From positions 64,230 to 128,229 of the forward strand of contig PTKS01000005.1 of assembly GCA_002937855.1 (NCBI GenBank): a stretch of 64,000 bases of DNA, written 5' to 3'. Both the position numbers and the translations under genes were made by a program. This stretch comes from Alphaproteobacteria bacterium MarineAlpha5_Bin12 (GTDB lineage Bacteria; Pseudomonadota; Alphaproteobacteria; HIMB59; GCA-002718135). Positions within the stretch are counted from its first letter, which is position 1, and each line of letters begins with the position of its first letter. This document shows positions 22,286 to 32,983 of the stretch, in pieces. Below the pieces are notes generated by a model. The model ran no database searches. It was not told the origin of the DNA and saw only the letters and a program-made list of their open reading frames with translations.

Positions 22286-23620
22286 ATGGAAAATCTAAAA
22301 AATAATATACCAGAATACAGCGTAAGTGAGTTTAATTCATTGATTAAAGAAACCATAAGTTCGGCATTTGATATGATTAAGATTCGTGGAGAAATTTCTA
22401 ATTTAAAAAAACCTAGTTCGGGTCATATATACTTTACTTTAAAGGATGAAGATTCTGTAATAAATGCTGTATTTTTTAAAAATAATGTTATCAACTCAAA
22501 TTTTAAAATTGAAGAAGGAATGGAGGTAGCCGCAATTGGGAAGATTAGTACATTTGCAAAATCCATTTCAACTTATCAAATTATTATTTCAAATATTGAA
22601 ATTGCAGGAGAGGGAGCATTATTAAAAATCGTAGAAAATTTAAAAAAAAAATTAATGAAAAATGGTTATTTTGATGAAACAAAAAAATTACCCATTCCCC
22701 TAATACCTGAAAGTATAGGGATCATTACATCTCCTACTGGGTCTGTAATAAAAGATATAATTCATAGAATTAATGACAGATTTCCTTTAGAAATTCAACT
22801 TTGGCCTGTACCTGTGCAGGGTATAGAATGCTCTCAAAAGATAATTGAAGCAATTAATGGATTTAATGATCAAAGTTTTATTGATAAACCTGATATAATT
22901 ATTATAGCAAGGGGTGGTGGTAGTATTGAAGATCTCATGCCATTTAATGATGAAGAATTAGCTAAAACTATATTTCACTCAAAAATTCCAATTATTTCTG
23001 CTATAGGTCATGAAACTGACAATCCTATTATTGATTATGTAAGTGATTTAAGGGCACCAACACCTTCAGCTGCTGCTGAAATGTCAGTTCCTGAGAGAAA
23101 AAAACTTAAAAAAAATCTTTCAATAATTATTAATAATATTGAAAAATCTAAAGATCAGATTATTGAAAGCAATAAAGAACATTTAAGTGGCTTAATTCGT
23201 TTAATACAAGATCCTTCAAAAGTACTTAATATTTTTTTTTCTGAACTAGATAAATTATTAGCTAGAAAAGAATTTGGAATAAAAAATTTAATTTTGAAGC
23301 AAAAAAGTAGAATAATTGAATTGAGTTCAAAAATACCACAACCATATGATAAGTTTGATAAGAAGAAGTCTAATTTTGATAGTTTATTTTATAAAATGAA
23401 TTCACTTTTTAATTTAAATATAAAAAATAACAAAGTTAAATTTGAAAATTTGTCTAGAATTTTAAAAATGTCATCATTGAATGAAAATTTAAATCGAGGT
23501 TATTCTATTATTATGAAAGGTAAAAATATTATTTCATCTGCTAAAGATCTTAAAACTAAAGATATTATTGATATAAAGCTTAAGGATGGCTTGGTTACTG
23601 CAAAAATTAAAAAAAATTAA
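22286..23620 (+). CDS. xseA: Exodeoxyribonuclease VII large subunit
   Basis: 444 aa. N-terminal OB fold (GEISN...SGHIYFTLKD), catalytic region IIIARGGGSIEDL and GHETD. Confidence 0.9.
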   Translation: MENLKNNIPEYSVSEFNSLIKETISSAFDMIKIRGEISNLKKPSSGHIYFTLKDEDSVINAVFFKNNVINSNFKIEEGMEVAAIGKISTFAKSISTYQIIISNIEIAGEGALLKIVENLKKKLMKNGYFDETKKLPIPLIPESIGIITSPTGSVIKDIIHRINDRFPLEIQLWPVPVQGIECSQKIIEAINGFNDQSFIDKPDIIIIARGGGSIEDLMPFNDEELAKTIFHSKIPIISAIGHETDNPIIDYVSDLRAPTPSAAAEMSVPERKKLKKNLSIIINNIEKSKDQIIESNKEHLSGLIRLIQDPSKVLNIFFSELDKLLARKEFGIKNLILKQKSRIIELSSKIPQPYDKFDKKKSNFDSLFYKMNSLFNLNIKNNKVKFENLSRILKMSSLNENLNRGYSIIMKGKNIISSAKDLKTKDIIDIKLKDGLVTAKIKKN

Positions 23621-24486
23621 CCCCATCTTTTATGATGCCATAACCAATTTCCAGGTTCTTTAATTATCCAGCTCTCTATTAATTTATGAATTTTTATCAT
23701 GGAACTTTTTTGATTTTTTAAATTAGATTTATTCAAATTTATTGGATCGTGTATAATCATTTTAAATTTTGCATTTTTTAATCTAATATTTTCTATTGGG
23801 TAAATTTTAAGTTTAAATTTTATTGCTAATTTAATGAATCCTATTTGTGTTTTAGCTAATTTACCAAATAATGGAATATTTTCTCCCGAAGAATCTTTTT
23901 GGTCAATTAGAAGTGCAATAGAATAACCATTTTTTATAGATTTTATCATATCTTGCGCACTCTTTTTTCCTTTTGGTGAAAGTAAAGACTTTTTGGAGTT
24001 GTAAGCTTTTTTTCTAATTTTTAAAATAAATTTATCAATAAATGGGTTATTAATATGTCTATATACAGAATTTAATTTAATACCAAATTTTATTAAAGTT
24101 GGGGCTAGAATTTCCCAGTTAGATTGATGTATTGCAATAAAGATAGCTTGTTCACTTTTTCCAATAATATTTTTTAAATTTTTTTTACCTTTGACTGAAA
24201 CCAAATTATTTTTATTTATTGAATTTAAATGGGCCATTTCAGCAACTGTACATCCTAAATTTTTCCAACTCATTTTAGAAATTTCATTAACATTCTTATT
24301 AAATTTATTAATTTTTTTTAGATTCTTTAAAATTGTAAAGTTAGTTTTTGTTAAAGGACCAAAAGATTTGAATATCATCCCATTTAAATTCGAAGCAACA
24401 TTAACTGGTAACATTTTGAAAAAATAATAAATAATAATAAAAATTATAAATTCTAAAGTATAAAAAATTTTTCTTTTTAGTTTCAT
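23617..24486 (-). CDS. Lipid A biosynthesis (Kdo2-lipid IVA) late acyltransferase, LpxL/HtrB family
   Basis: 289 aa. N-terminal TM segment and HQSNWE (H-x4-D/E acyltransferase motif). Adjacent to lpxK-waaA. Confidence 0.7.
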   Translation of the reverse strand: MKLKRKIFYTLEFIIFIIIYYFFKMLPVNVASNLNGMIFKSFGPLTKTNFTILKNLKKINKFNKNVNEISKMSWKNLGCTVAEMAHLNSINKNNLVSVKGKKNLKNIIGKSEQAIFIAIHQSNWEILAPTLIKFGIKLNSVYRHINNPFIDKFILKIRKKAYNSKKSLLSPKGKKSAQDMIKSIKNGYSIALLIDQKDSSGENIPLFGKLAKTQIGFIKLAIKFKLKIYPIENIRLKNAKFKMIIHDPINLNKSNLKNQKSSMIKIHKLIESWIIKEPGNWLWHHKRWG

Positions 24487-24497
24487 ATATTAAAAGT

Positions 24498-25487
24498 TTA
24501 ATTTAAAATTAAAGTTTCTAAAATATTATTCAAGATTTTTTTAAGATTTTCTTCTTCATCTAAAATTATTTCACCATCTAGTTTATGAACTATTTTTTTA
24601 TAATTTTTTGGAATTCTAACATAATCCTTTTTGGTTGTAACTAGTATAGACTGATTGTTATTTGCTATTTCTACAAGTTTTAAAAGATCATTTTCAGTAT
24701 AAATATAATGATCTGGAAAGTTAATCTTTTTTAATATTTTTGCACCTTGTTCATTGAGAGTATCAAAAAATTTTGTAGGATATGCTATTCCCGCAAATGC
24801 TGTAACGTTTTTGCCCTTAAAAATTTCTTCATTTTTTGAAACATCAAAAGTTGCATTAAAAAAAGGTATAGATACTGATAAAAATTTCTTAATATCAAGC
24901 TTATCTTCTCCAACTAATATAATTGCATCAGCTCTTTTAAGACCTCTCCTTATACTTTCCCTAAGTGGCCCACTTGGAAGAACTCTTTTATTTCCAAAAC
25001 CTTGTTTTCCATCTATTACGATAATCGAAAAATCTTTTTTAATAGTAGGATTCTGGAATCCGTCATCCATTATTATGCAATCAGCATTATTTTTTTTTGC
25101 TAATTTTGATGATCTAATTCTATTTGATCCAATCCATGTTGGTGCAACTTCTGAAAGAATTAAAGACTCATCCCCAACTTGCTCTGCAGAATGACCATCA
25201 TGAACTTTAATATTGTCTTTTATTTTACCTGCATATCCTCTTGTTAAAAAATGAGGATTGTATCCAGATAATTTAAGCATTTCACTTATTTTTAATGCCA
25301 CAGGAGTTTTTCCCGCACCACCGACAACTAAATTTCCTATGCAAATAACAGGGATATCTGATTGATTAGGTTTATTTAAAGCAATATAAATTTTACCTAC
25401 AAATCTATATATTAATGAGGCTGGATACAAGATAGCCGATAAAAAACTATCATTCTTACTATACCAAAATTTTGGAGCTTTAAGCAT
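24498..25487 (-). CDS. lpxK: Tetraacyldisaccharide 4'-kinase
   Basis: 329 aa. P-loop GNLVVGGAGKTP and SRGY-like TRGYAG motif. Confidence 0.85.
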   Translation of the reverse strand: MLKAPKFWYSKNDSFLSAILYPASLIYRFVGKIYIALNKPNQSDIPVICIGNLVVGGAGKTPVALKISEMLKLSGYNPHFLTRGYAGKIKDNIKVHDGHSAEQVGDESLILSEVAPTWIGSNRIRSSKLAKKNNADCIIMDDGFQNPTIKKDFSIIVIDGKQGFGNKRVLPSGPLRESIRRGLKRADAIILVGEDKLDIKKFLSVSIPFFNATFDVSKNEEIFKGKNVTAFAGIAYPTKFFDTLNEQGAKILKKINFPDHYIYTENDLLKLVEIANNNQSILVTTKKDYVRIPKNYKKIVHKLDGEIILDEEENLKKILNNILETLILN

Positions 25488-26739
25488 TGTTTTTAACTAA
25501 AAATGGTTTTAATTCTCTAATAAAATTATTAATTAAAATTTGATTTCTATTACTGTAATTTAAGGCATTATTCATTAATTTTTTTTCAGAATTTATATTT
25601 TTTAAAAGAATATTCAGATTTTTTATTATTTCAGAAGTTGATTTACAAATTATGCATGCTTTTTTTGATTTCATTTCTTCGAATATATCTCTCCAATTAT
25701 ATATTGATGAACCTGACAATATAGCACACTTTGATTTTGCTGGTTCAATTGGATTATGTCCTCCCATATCAATAAAAGATCCACCTAATATAACAATATC
25801 ACTTATATTATAATATATCTTCATTTCTCCTAAAGAATTTAATACAAAACATTTAAACTTAGAAAAAGATAGATTATTTAATTTAGTTGAACAATTAGGT
25901 ATATTTTTTTTTGCTATATTTAAAACATCAATAGCTCTTTCAGGATGTCTTGGGACAATAATAATTTTTATTCCAGAATTCTTATTAATTATAGGAGCAA
26001 TTTTTTCTAAAATTAACTCCTCTTCATTTTGATGCGTACTAGCTAGTAATATAATTTTTTTTGAACCCAGCTCTTTTTTTATTTTAATTAATTTATTTCT
26101 ATTAATTTTTTTTGCAAAGGCTGTTAATTTTAAATTTCCTATATAATTTAATTTTCTATTTGTAATTTTTTTTATTAATTTTAAATCATTTTTACTTTGA
26201 ACAAAAATTTTATCAAAATCATTAATTATTTGAGAAAAACTTTTTTTAATTATTTTCCATTTATCTAAAGATTTTGGTGATATTCTTAAATTTAATAATA
26301 CTTGTTTAATCTGCTTTTCTTTAATTGACTTGATAGTGTTTGGCCATATATCTGATTCTATCCATATTACAAAATTTGGCGACCAATGATTTAAAAATCT
26401 TACTACCCATGGTTTATGATCAATAGGTGCAAATTGATGTATAACTTTATTTCCAAACATTTGTTTGCAATATTTGTAAGCTGTTAAAGTAGAAGTTGTT
26501 ACTAAAACATTATTTTTTTTTAATAAATATTTAATTAATCCAGTTGCGGAGTTAAATTCTCCTACACTAGCAGCATGAATCCATATTAAGTTACCCTTTG
26601 GTCTTTTTAATTTTGATATTCCGTATCTCTCTCTATATCTTTTTGGATCCTCTTTATTTCTTCTAATTCTAAATATTAAATTAATTTTTACTAAAGGCAA
26701 TAAAATGTAAAATATATATTTATAACTTGATAAAATCAT
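25480..26739 (-). CDS. waaA: 3-deoxy-D-manno-octulosonic acid (Kdo) transferase
   Basis: 419 aa. WIHAASVGE motif, PRHPER motif, GGSF..GGHNPIEPA C-terminal motif. Confidence 0.85.
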   Translation of the reverse strand: MILSSYKYIFYILLPLVKINLIFRIRRNKEDPKRYRERYGISKLKRPKGNLIWIHAASVGEFNSATGLIKYLLKKNNVLVTTSTLTAYKYCKQMFGNKVIHQFAPIDHKPWVVRFLNHWSPNFVIWIESDIWPNTIKSIKEKQIKQVLLNLRISPKSLDKWKIIKKSFSQIINDFDKIFVQSKNDLKLIKKITNRKLNYIGNLKLTAFAKKINRNKLIKIKKELGSKKIILLASTHQNEEELILEKIAPIINKNSGIKIIIVPRHPERAIDVLNIAKKNIPNCSTKLNNLSFSKFKCFVLNSLGEMKIYYNISDIVILGGSFIDMGGHNPIEPAKSKCAILSGSSIYNWRDIFEEMKSKKACIICKSTSEIIKNLNILLKNINSEKKLMNNALNYSNRNQILINNFIRELKPFLVKNNA

Positions 26740-27407
26740 TTATTAACTAATTTTTTGGCTTCGCCAATATTTTTATTTAATTGTTTTTCCAACTCATATT
26801 GAAATTTTTTTTGCATATTTTTTGATATTTTTTTGTCTACATACATTGGTTTTGACCAAACAAAATAGCATTTAGAAAAGGGTAATGTAATTAAAAATTT
26901 GTCCCATGATTTTAGTTGCAAGTTTTTAGAAGACCAAAATCCACATGGAATAATTGGTATTTGCAAAGAACTAGCTATTTTTATTACTCCTTCAGAAACT
27001 TTTTGATTTGGGCCTCTTGGACCATCTGGAGTTATACCTATATATTCATTTTTCTTAACTAATTTAAAAATATTTTTAAGAGCCATATTAGATTTTTTTG
27101 ATGGCCTTTCAATGTTACGAAGTTTAAAATAACTTCCAATAATTGCACCAAATCTTCCGTCACTATGATCTGATGCTAGAATATTAATTTTTTTATTTTT
27201 AACCCAAGAATAAGAAATCATCATTAATTGGCTATGCCAAAAAACTAAAATAAATGGTTGATTTTTTTTCCAGAATTTTTTAGGAAATTTTTCATTCACT
27301 ATATTTATTTTTGATGTGTATCTGACTATAAAAATGAATATAACTGCTAGATAAGCTAAGAAATACTGAATAAGTTTATTTTTTTTAAAATTCTTCAACA
27401 TTATCAA
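26736..27407 (-). CDS. DUF374-type lysophospholipid acyltransferase-like protein
   Basis: 223 aa. FWHSQLMM, SDHSDGR and ITPDGPRGP motifs. The position between waaA and msbA is typical in alphaproteobacteria. Confidence 0.65.
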   Translation of the reverse strand: MIMLKNFKKNKLIQYFLAYLAVIFIFIVRYTSKINIVNEKFPKKFWKKNQPFILVFWHSQLMMISYSWVKNKKINILASDHSDGRFGAIIGSYFKLRNIERPSKKSNMALKNIFKLVKKNEYIGITPDGPRGPNQKVSEGVIKIASSLQIPIIPCGFWSSKNLQLKSWDKFLITLPFSKCYFVWSKPMYVDKKISKNMQKKFQYELEKQLNKNIGEAKKLVNK

Positions 27408-27408
27408 A

Positions 27409-29163
27409 CTATAAAACTTGGGTGTATAATTTTTTATAAAGTCCGTTATTGTTTAATAATTGTTTATGATTTCCCTGTTCAATAATTTTTCCTTTATCTA
27501 AAACATAAATTAAATCTGCATTTTCTATCGTTGTTAATCTATGTGCAACAATTAAAGAAGTTTTGTTTTTCATTAATAAATTTATAGCTTTTTGAACTTC
27601 CATTTCTGTTAAATTATCTAGGGAAGAAGTAGCTTCATCTAAAAGTAATATTTTAGAATTTTTTATTAATGCTCGCGCTATTGCTACTCTTTGCTTTTGC
27701 CCGCTAGAGAGTTTTATTCCATTTTCTCCTACTAATGAGTTATAGCCTTGAGGTAGTTCTTCTATAAATTCATTAGCTCCAGCATTACCTGAAGCAATTT
27801 TGATTTCTTCAAAATCAGAGTTTAATTTTCCAAATTGTATATTATTTTTAATTGTATCATTAAAAAGATTGGTATCTTGACTAACAAGTGAAATTGATCC
27901 TCTTAAAGAATCAATATTTATATTTCTGATATTTTGACCATCAATTAGTATTTCGCCTGTGTCAGGATCAAAAAATCTTAAAATTAAATTTACTATAGTA
28001 GACTTACCTGACCCCGTAGGACCAACAATAGCTACTTTTTTCCCAGCTGGAATATTTAATGAAAAATTTTCAAATAAATTATTTTGTCCAGGATAACTAA
28101 AACTAATATTCTTAATCAAAATTTCTCCATTCATTATTTCTAATTTTTTAGAATTATTTTCTGTTTCAATTTTGCTCTTTTTTAAATCTAATAGATTAAA
28201 AATTCTCTCAGCACCTGAAAGTCCTTCTTGTAAATTTGCATTTAAGTTGCCTATAGATTTTACTGGTTTATAAGCTAATAATAAACTTACTAAAAAACTC
28301 ATAAATTGGCCAGTCGACATATTGTCGTTTATTATTAAAATTCCTCCAATTAAAATTGCAACTGCAATTGCTAGACTTCCTATAAATTCCATAAGAGGAC
28401 TTATTCTTGAGGTTATTTTTGTAGATTTTAAATAATAGGATTTTGTTTTATTTATTGTATCCGAAGCTTTTTCAATAGCAAACATCTGTCTGCAATAAGC
28501 TTTAATTAATCTAATTCCTCTTATACTTTCTGCTAAAATATTTGAAAAAACCCCAACTTCTTTTTGTGTATCAAATGATACTTTCCGAATTTTTCTTCCT
28601 ATTTTAACTATTGGCCATATAGTTAGTGGAAAAGCAAAAAAAGAAAATAATGCAAGTTGCCAATTTTGATAAAACATATTTGTTATCAAAAAAATAATAA
28701 TTAAACTATCTTTAATTATCCCCGTTGTTGTTTTAACAATAGCCATTCTAACATAGTTAGTATCATTTATTAACCTAGATATTAATGCTCCCGAACTTGC
28801 ATCACCATAGTATGAAAGATCTATAAACATCAATTTATTAAATAATTGTTTTTGAAGCTTTGAGATGATTTCATGAGCAATTAATCCTACTTTTACTGTA
28901 TGAATATATGTTGCAATACCTTTAATTAAAGTAGAAAAAATAATTAATAGAGGAATTATTATTAACATGCTTCCATTTGAATTTATTAAAATGTCATCAA
29001 GCGCTGGTTGAACTAGCCATGCATGAAACCCTGTAGCTGCAGATGCAATAATCATCATAAATAATGCATAAAATAAAGTTGTCTTGTGTGAAGTAATATA
29101 ATCTTTTATTATCCTCTTTATTAAGATTGAGCTTCTTGAATTATTAATTGTATTTTCAGACAT
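27409..29163 (-). CDS. msbA: Lipid A export ABC transporter permease/ATPase
   Basis: 584 aa with six-TM N-domain. Walker A GPTGSGKST, signature LSSGQKQRVAIARA, Walker B LLLDEATS. Lipid A gene context. Confidence 0.8.
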   Translation of the reverse strand: MSENTINNSRSSILIKRIIKDYITSHKTTLFYALFMMIIASAATGFHAWLVQPALDDILINSNGSMLIIIPLLIIFSTLIKGIATYIHTVKVGLIAHEIISKLQKQLFNKLMFIDLSYYGDASSGALISRLINDTNYVRMAIVKTTTGIIKDSLIIIFLITNMFYQNWQLALFSFFAFPLTIWPIVKIGRKIRKVSFDTQKEVGVFSNILAESIRGIRLIKAYCRQMFAIEKASDTINKTKSYYLKSTKITSRISPLMEFIGSLAIAVAILIGGILIINDNMSTGQFMSFLVSLLLAYKPVKSIGNLNANLQEGLSGAERIFNLLDLKKSKIETENNSKKLEIMNGEILIKNISFSYPGQNNLFENFSLNIPAGKKVAIVGPTGSGKSTIVNLILRFFDPDTGEILIDGQNIRNINIDSLRGSISLVSQDTNLFNDTIKNNIQFGKLNSDFEEIKIASGNAGANEFIEELPQGYNSLVGENGIKLSSGQKQRVAIARALIKNSKILLLDEATSSLDNLTEMEVQKAINLLMKNKTSLIVAHRLTTIENADLIYVLDKGKIIEQGNHKQLLNNNGLYKKLYTQVL

Positions 29164-30049
29164 TTGATGAAGTTATTAAATATAAAAATATTATTAAGCC
29201 TAAATAATTATTGTATTTAAAATAATTTTCACAACTTTTTTTTGAACTCATATTCCATTTACTTAAAAAAAATAGAAGACTTATTAGAATCATAATTAAA
29301 ATAATAGAACTGATAAAAGACAAAGACATCATTAGATTTAAAATTAATATTGATAAAATAAATAAAGAATAAAATATCATTACTAAATACTTACCGTTAT
29401 TTCCAAATAAAATAGCTGTAGATTTTAAGTTAATCTTAATATCATCTATTCTATCTTGATAAGCATATATAGTATCATAACCCAAAGTCCAAAATATACA
29501 ACCTAAGTATAAAATCAATGTTTCTAAGGAATATATATGCTGAAATTGAGCTGCAGATATAAATATGCCCCAACTAAAGGTTACGCCTAAAATAAGTTGA
29601 GGCCAATTAGTAAATCTTTTCATTAGTGGGTAAATTAATATTAAAGGTAAAGAAGCTAATGATACTATAATCGCCATTATATTAAAATTTATTAAAATTA
29701 ATAATGAAAAAAATAAAAGCAATACCATAAATAAAAATGCTTCTAATGAATTAATTGCGCCACTAGTAATGGGCCTTTTTGAAGTTCTTTCGATTTTAAT
29801 ATCTATAAATCTATCAAAATAATCATTTATTATACATCCTGCGCTTCTCATAAAAAAAGACCCAAAAAAAAATAAAATATACCATTTGATTTCTTTAACA
29901 GAAAATACAGCTAGAGCGAACCAACATGGCCACATTAGAAGAAAAAAACCAATTGGTTTTTCAAATCTAATTAACTGTAATAAGCCTGATATTTTTTCTG
30001 GCAAAATATTATAAAGCCAAAAATGTGAAATTTGCTTTTTTTGTCTCAT
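29156..30049 (-). CDS. ubiA: 4-hydroxybenzoate polyprenyltransferase
   Basis: 297 aa polytopic membrane protein. NDYFDRFIDIKIERT (NDxxDxxxD) and YAYQDRIDD motifs. Confidence 0.85.
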   Translation of the reverse strand: MRQKKQISHFWLYNILPEKISGLLQLIRFEKPIGFFLLMWPCWFALAVFSVKEIKWYILFFFGSFFMRSAGCIINDYFDRFIDIKIERTSKRPITSGAINSLEAFLFMVLLLFFSLLILINFNIMAIIVSLASLPLILIYPLMKRFTNWPQLILGVTFSWGIFISAAQFQHIYSLETLILYLGCIFWTLGYDTIYAYQDRIDDIKINLKSTAILFGNNGKYLVMIFYSLFILSILILNLMMSLSFISSIILIMILISLLFFLSKWNMSSKKSCENYFKYNNYLGLIIFLYLITSSNV

Positions 30050-30086
30050 GTAATGTATATAAATAACTTTTTAAAAGAGAAAACAA

Positions 30087-30821
30087 ATGTATTCAAATAT
30101 TAAAAGAATTTATACTCAACATTCATTAAACTCTGATAATCATATAACTCTAACTTCTAGTCAGATCCACTATTTAAAGAATGTTTTGAGGGTTAAAATA
30201 AATGATTATATACGAATTTTTAATGGCTTAGATGGTGAATGGTTAGCAAAAGTACAAACAATTAAAAAAAAAGAAATTGATTTGATTTTAGAAAAAAAAA
30301 TTAAAGATCAAAATAATTTCTCAAGAATTGACATTTTTTTTTCTCCAATTAAAAAAGATAGAATAAATATACTAGTTCAAAAATGTACTGAATTAGGAAT
30401 AAAAAATTTTTTTCCAATTAAATCTGAAAGAACTAATATAAAAAATCTAAATATTAAAAATTTGCAGCAAAATGCAATTGAAGCTTCACAACAATCTGAA
30501 CGAATGGATATTCCCAAAATTAAAGAATTGAAAAGTTTGGAAGAGTGCATAAATTCATTGGATAAAGATTATTGTCTAATCTTCTGTGATGAGACAAAAA
30601 ATGAAAAAAACAACATCATTGATATAATGAAAAAAATCCATGATAAATTTAGTAAATGGGTTTTGATAATTGGTCCCGAAGGAGGATTCTCAGACAATGA
30701 TAGAAATAAAATTTTAAATTTTCAAAATACATACCCTGTTTCTCTAGGAAAAAGAATATTAAGATCAGATACTGCAGCTGCAGCAGCATTATTTTGTATG
30801 GAGAAATATATTAATTATTAG
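30087..30821 (+). CDS. rsmE: 16S rRNA (uracil1498-N3)-methyltransferase
   Basis: 244 aa. HYLKNVLR, QKCTELG, IIGPEGGFS and LGKRILRSDTAA motifs. Confidence 0.8.
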   Translation: MYSNIKRIYTQHSLNSDNHITLTSSQIHYLKNVLRVKINDYIRIFNGLDGEWLAKVQTIKKKEIDLILEKKIKDQNNFSRIDIFFSPIKKDRINILVQKCTELGIKNFFPIKSERTNIKNLNIKNLQQNAIEASQQSERMDIPKIKELKSLEECINSLDKDYCLIFCDETKNEKNNIIDIMKKIHDKFSKWVLIIGPEGGFSDNDRNKILNFQNTYPVSLGKRILRSDTAAAAALFCMEKYINY

Positions 30822-31008
30822 CTTTTTCTAAATATTTTTTTAAAGCCCAATTAGCAAAAAATAAAAACATAAATGCAGATAGTATGACAAGAACCGCAAT
30901 GCTTGCTCCAGACATTCCTTGTACAACGCAAACAGCGCATCTTGCACTTAATGGAATTGAAATTAAATAAAATAAAATTGATGAAATTGTTAAAAATAAT
31001 AGCTTCAT
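30811..31008 (-). CDS. Small membrane protein (two predicted TM segments, CxxC motif), function unknown
   Basis: 65 aa. 4-nt ATGA overlap with the upstream ctaB-like gene. Contains CAVC between hydrophobic stretches. No family recognised. Confidence 0.4.
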   Translation of the reverse strand: MKLLFLTISSILFYLISIPLSARCAVCVVQGMSGASIAVLVILSAFMFLFFANWALKKYLEKANN

Positions 31009-31913
31009 GTCATAATTCCATCCATTAGGATAATTATAAAAATTGCAAAAAGATGTAATATTGAGAATTTAAATATTTTTTTTGAAATTTTAAGTTCCTG
31101 ATGGGTGTTTTCTTCTTTTAATAAATTGTAACACAAATAAATATAATAAAGGCTTAAGATAGTTGATACAATAAAATATGATAAACCATAAAAACCAAAA
31201 ATATATGGTGAAGCAACAGTTAAGGCATAAATAATTGAATAAATAAAGATGTTAATTTTTGTTACCCTAACTCCAGATATAACCGGAAGCATAGGTATCT
31301 TGGCTTTTTCATAATCATCAGATCTATATAAACTTAATGACCAAAAATGAGATGGTGTCCAAAAAAAGATAATTAAAAATAAAATAATTGGTTCTAAACT
31401 TATTCCTCCAGTTGCTATAGCCCAACCAATCACTGGAGGCAGTGCGCCTGCCGCACCTCCAATTACTATATTTTGTGGAGTTTTTCTTTTAAGCCATATT
31501 GTATAAATTAAAACGTAAAACAATATTGTAGATGTTAATATCAAAGCAGCAATAAAATTTGAAAAAATGAATAAAGCTATAATTGAAATTATTGACGTGA
31601 TAAGACCAAAAATCAGTGCTTGCTTTTTTGTTATTATCCCTGAAGGAATTGGCCTCAAACAGGTTCTTTCCATTAGAGCATCTAAATCTGATTCATACCA
31701 CATATTAAGAGTTCCTGCTGCACCAGCTCCCAATGCTACTGCTAAGAGTGAAATTATTGAACTAACTAAATTAATTTGTGTGGGAGCAATTAAAAGACCT
31801 ACAACACAAGTAAAAATAACTAGAGACATAACTCTAGGTTTCATTAATTGAAACAGACCTTTTATGATTTGATAGGGTAAAGGTTTTTTAGAAATAATTT
31901 CAGATAGTTGCAT
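31005..31913 (-). CDS. ctaB: Protoheme IX farnesyltransferase (heme O synthase)
   Basis: 302 aa UbiA-superfamily membrane protein. MWYESDLDALMERT and TPSHFW.L motifs. Last large gene of the oxidase cluster. Confidence 0.9.
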   Translation of the reverse strand: MQLSEIISKKPLPYQIIKGLFQLMKPRVMSLVIFTCVVGLLIAPTQINLVSSIISLLAVALGAGAAGTLNMWYESDLDALMERTCLRPIPSGIITKKQALIFGLITSIISIIALFIFSNFIAALILTSTILFYVLIYTIWLKRKTPQNIVIGGAAGALPPVIGWAIATGGISLEPIILFLIIFFWTPSHFWSLSLYRSDDYEKAKIPMLPVISGVRVTKINIFIYSIIYALTVASPYIFGFYGLSYFIVSTILSLYYIYLCYNLLKEENTHQELKISKKIFKFSILHLFAIFIIILMDGIMT

Positions 31914-32237
31914 TTACATACCAACCATAAAATATACCATTCTAGTCCATAAAGTGTACCCAGACTCAGATATCATAAAAACCATTAGGAATAGTATTGC
32001 AATACAAGGGAGAAGAATTGCATAAATAAGTGCCAATCTTTCCCAAACCATATGCATAAATATGGCACATATAAAACCTGCTTTTAGCATCATAAATATT
32101 AATATTAAGGACCATCTAAGCATTCCTTGAAGTTGATACCAATCTACCGCATATGAAAATGCACTCAATACAAACAATAAACCCCATATCCAAAGATAAA
32201 TTCCTATAGGATGTTGCTGTCCTTCTTTTGAAGCCAT
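31914..32237 (-). CDS. Cytochrome c oxidase subunit IV family protein (prokaryotic type)
   Basis: 107 aa with three TM segments. Pattern and position after subunit III match bacterial subunit IV (CoxQ/CtaF-like). Confidence 0.6.
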   Translation of the reverse strand: MASKEGQQHPIGIYLWIWGLLFVLSAFSYAVDWYQLQGMLRWSLILIFMMLKAGFICAIFMHMVWERLALIYAILLPCIAILFLMVFMISESGYTLWTRMVYFMVGM

Positions 32238-32250
32238 TAATTAATCTCCT

Positions 32251-32973
32251 TTACCATAAATAAAAAAATGCAAAAATAAATACCCAAACTAAATCTACAA
32301 AGTGCCAATATAATCCCATTATTTCTATTGCTTCGTAGTCTGATTTTTGGGAAGTGAAAAATCCTCTTCTACCTGTATCAAAATCTCCTCGCCACACTTT
32401 TCTTGCCATTATAAATAAGAAAATTACCCCAATAGTAACGTGAGTTCCATGAAAACCAGTAACCATAAAAAATACAGCTCCAAATTGAGGAGCACCAAAT
32501 GGGTTGTCCCAAGGCCTTACACCCTCTTGTATTAACTTTGTCCATTCGAAGGCTTGCATACCAACAAAACTTGCTCCAAATATTGCTGTAATCAAAATCA
32601 GTATAGCACAAGGGATTCGTTTTTTTTCATAACCATATTTAACTGCCATTGCCATAGTTCCACTGCTCGTGATCAATATAAAAGTCATAATAGCAATTAA
32701 TAATAATGGGACGCTTACATGACCGACATGAAGAGCAAAAACTTCACTGGCATTAGGCCATTCAACTTTTGTCGATTTTCTAACTGTCATATAAGAAATT
32801 AAAAAGATACTAAATACAAATGTATCACTGACTAAAAAAATCCACATCATAGCTTTACCCCAGGGAACCCCTTTAAATGCTTTTTGATCAGATGACCAAT
32901 CAGCGGCAACACCTTTGTTACCTTTGATGTGAGGTGGTATTGTTATTGGTTCTGTAGATGATGATTCTTCCAT
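32251..32973 (-). CDS. Cytochrome c oxidase subunit III (CoxP-like)
   Basis: 240 aa. FFMVTGFHGTHVTIG and YWHFVDLVWVFIF motifs. Confidence 0.85.
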   Translation of the reverse strand: MEESSSTEPITIPPHIKGNKGVAADWSSDQKAFKGVPWGKAMMWIFLVSDTFVFSIFLISYMTVRKSTKVEWPNASEVFALHVGHVSVPLLLIAIMTFILITSSGTMAMAVKYGYEKKRIPCAILILITAIFGASFVGMQAFEWTKLIQEGVRPWDNPFGAPQFGAVFFMVTGFHGTHVTIGVIFLFIMARKVWRGDFDTGRRGFFTSQKSDYEAIEIMGLYWHFVDLVWVFIFAFFYLW

Positions 32974-32983
32974 AACTTTTCCT

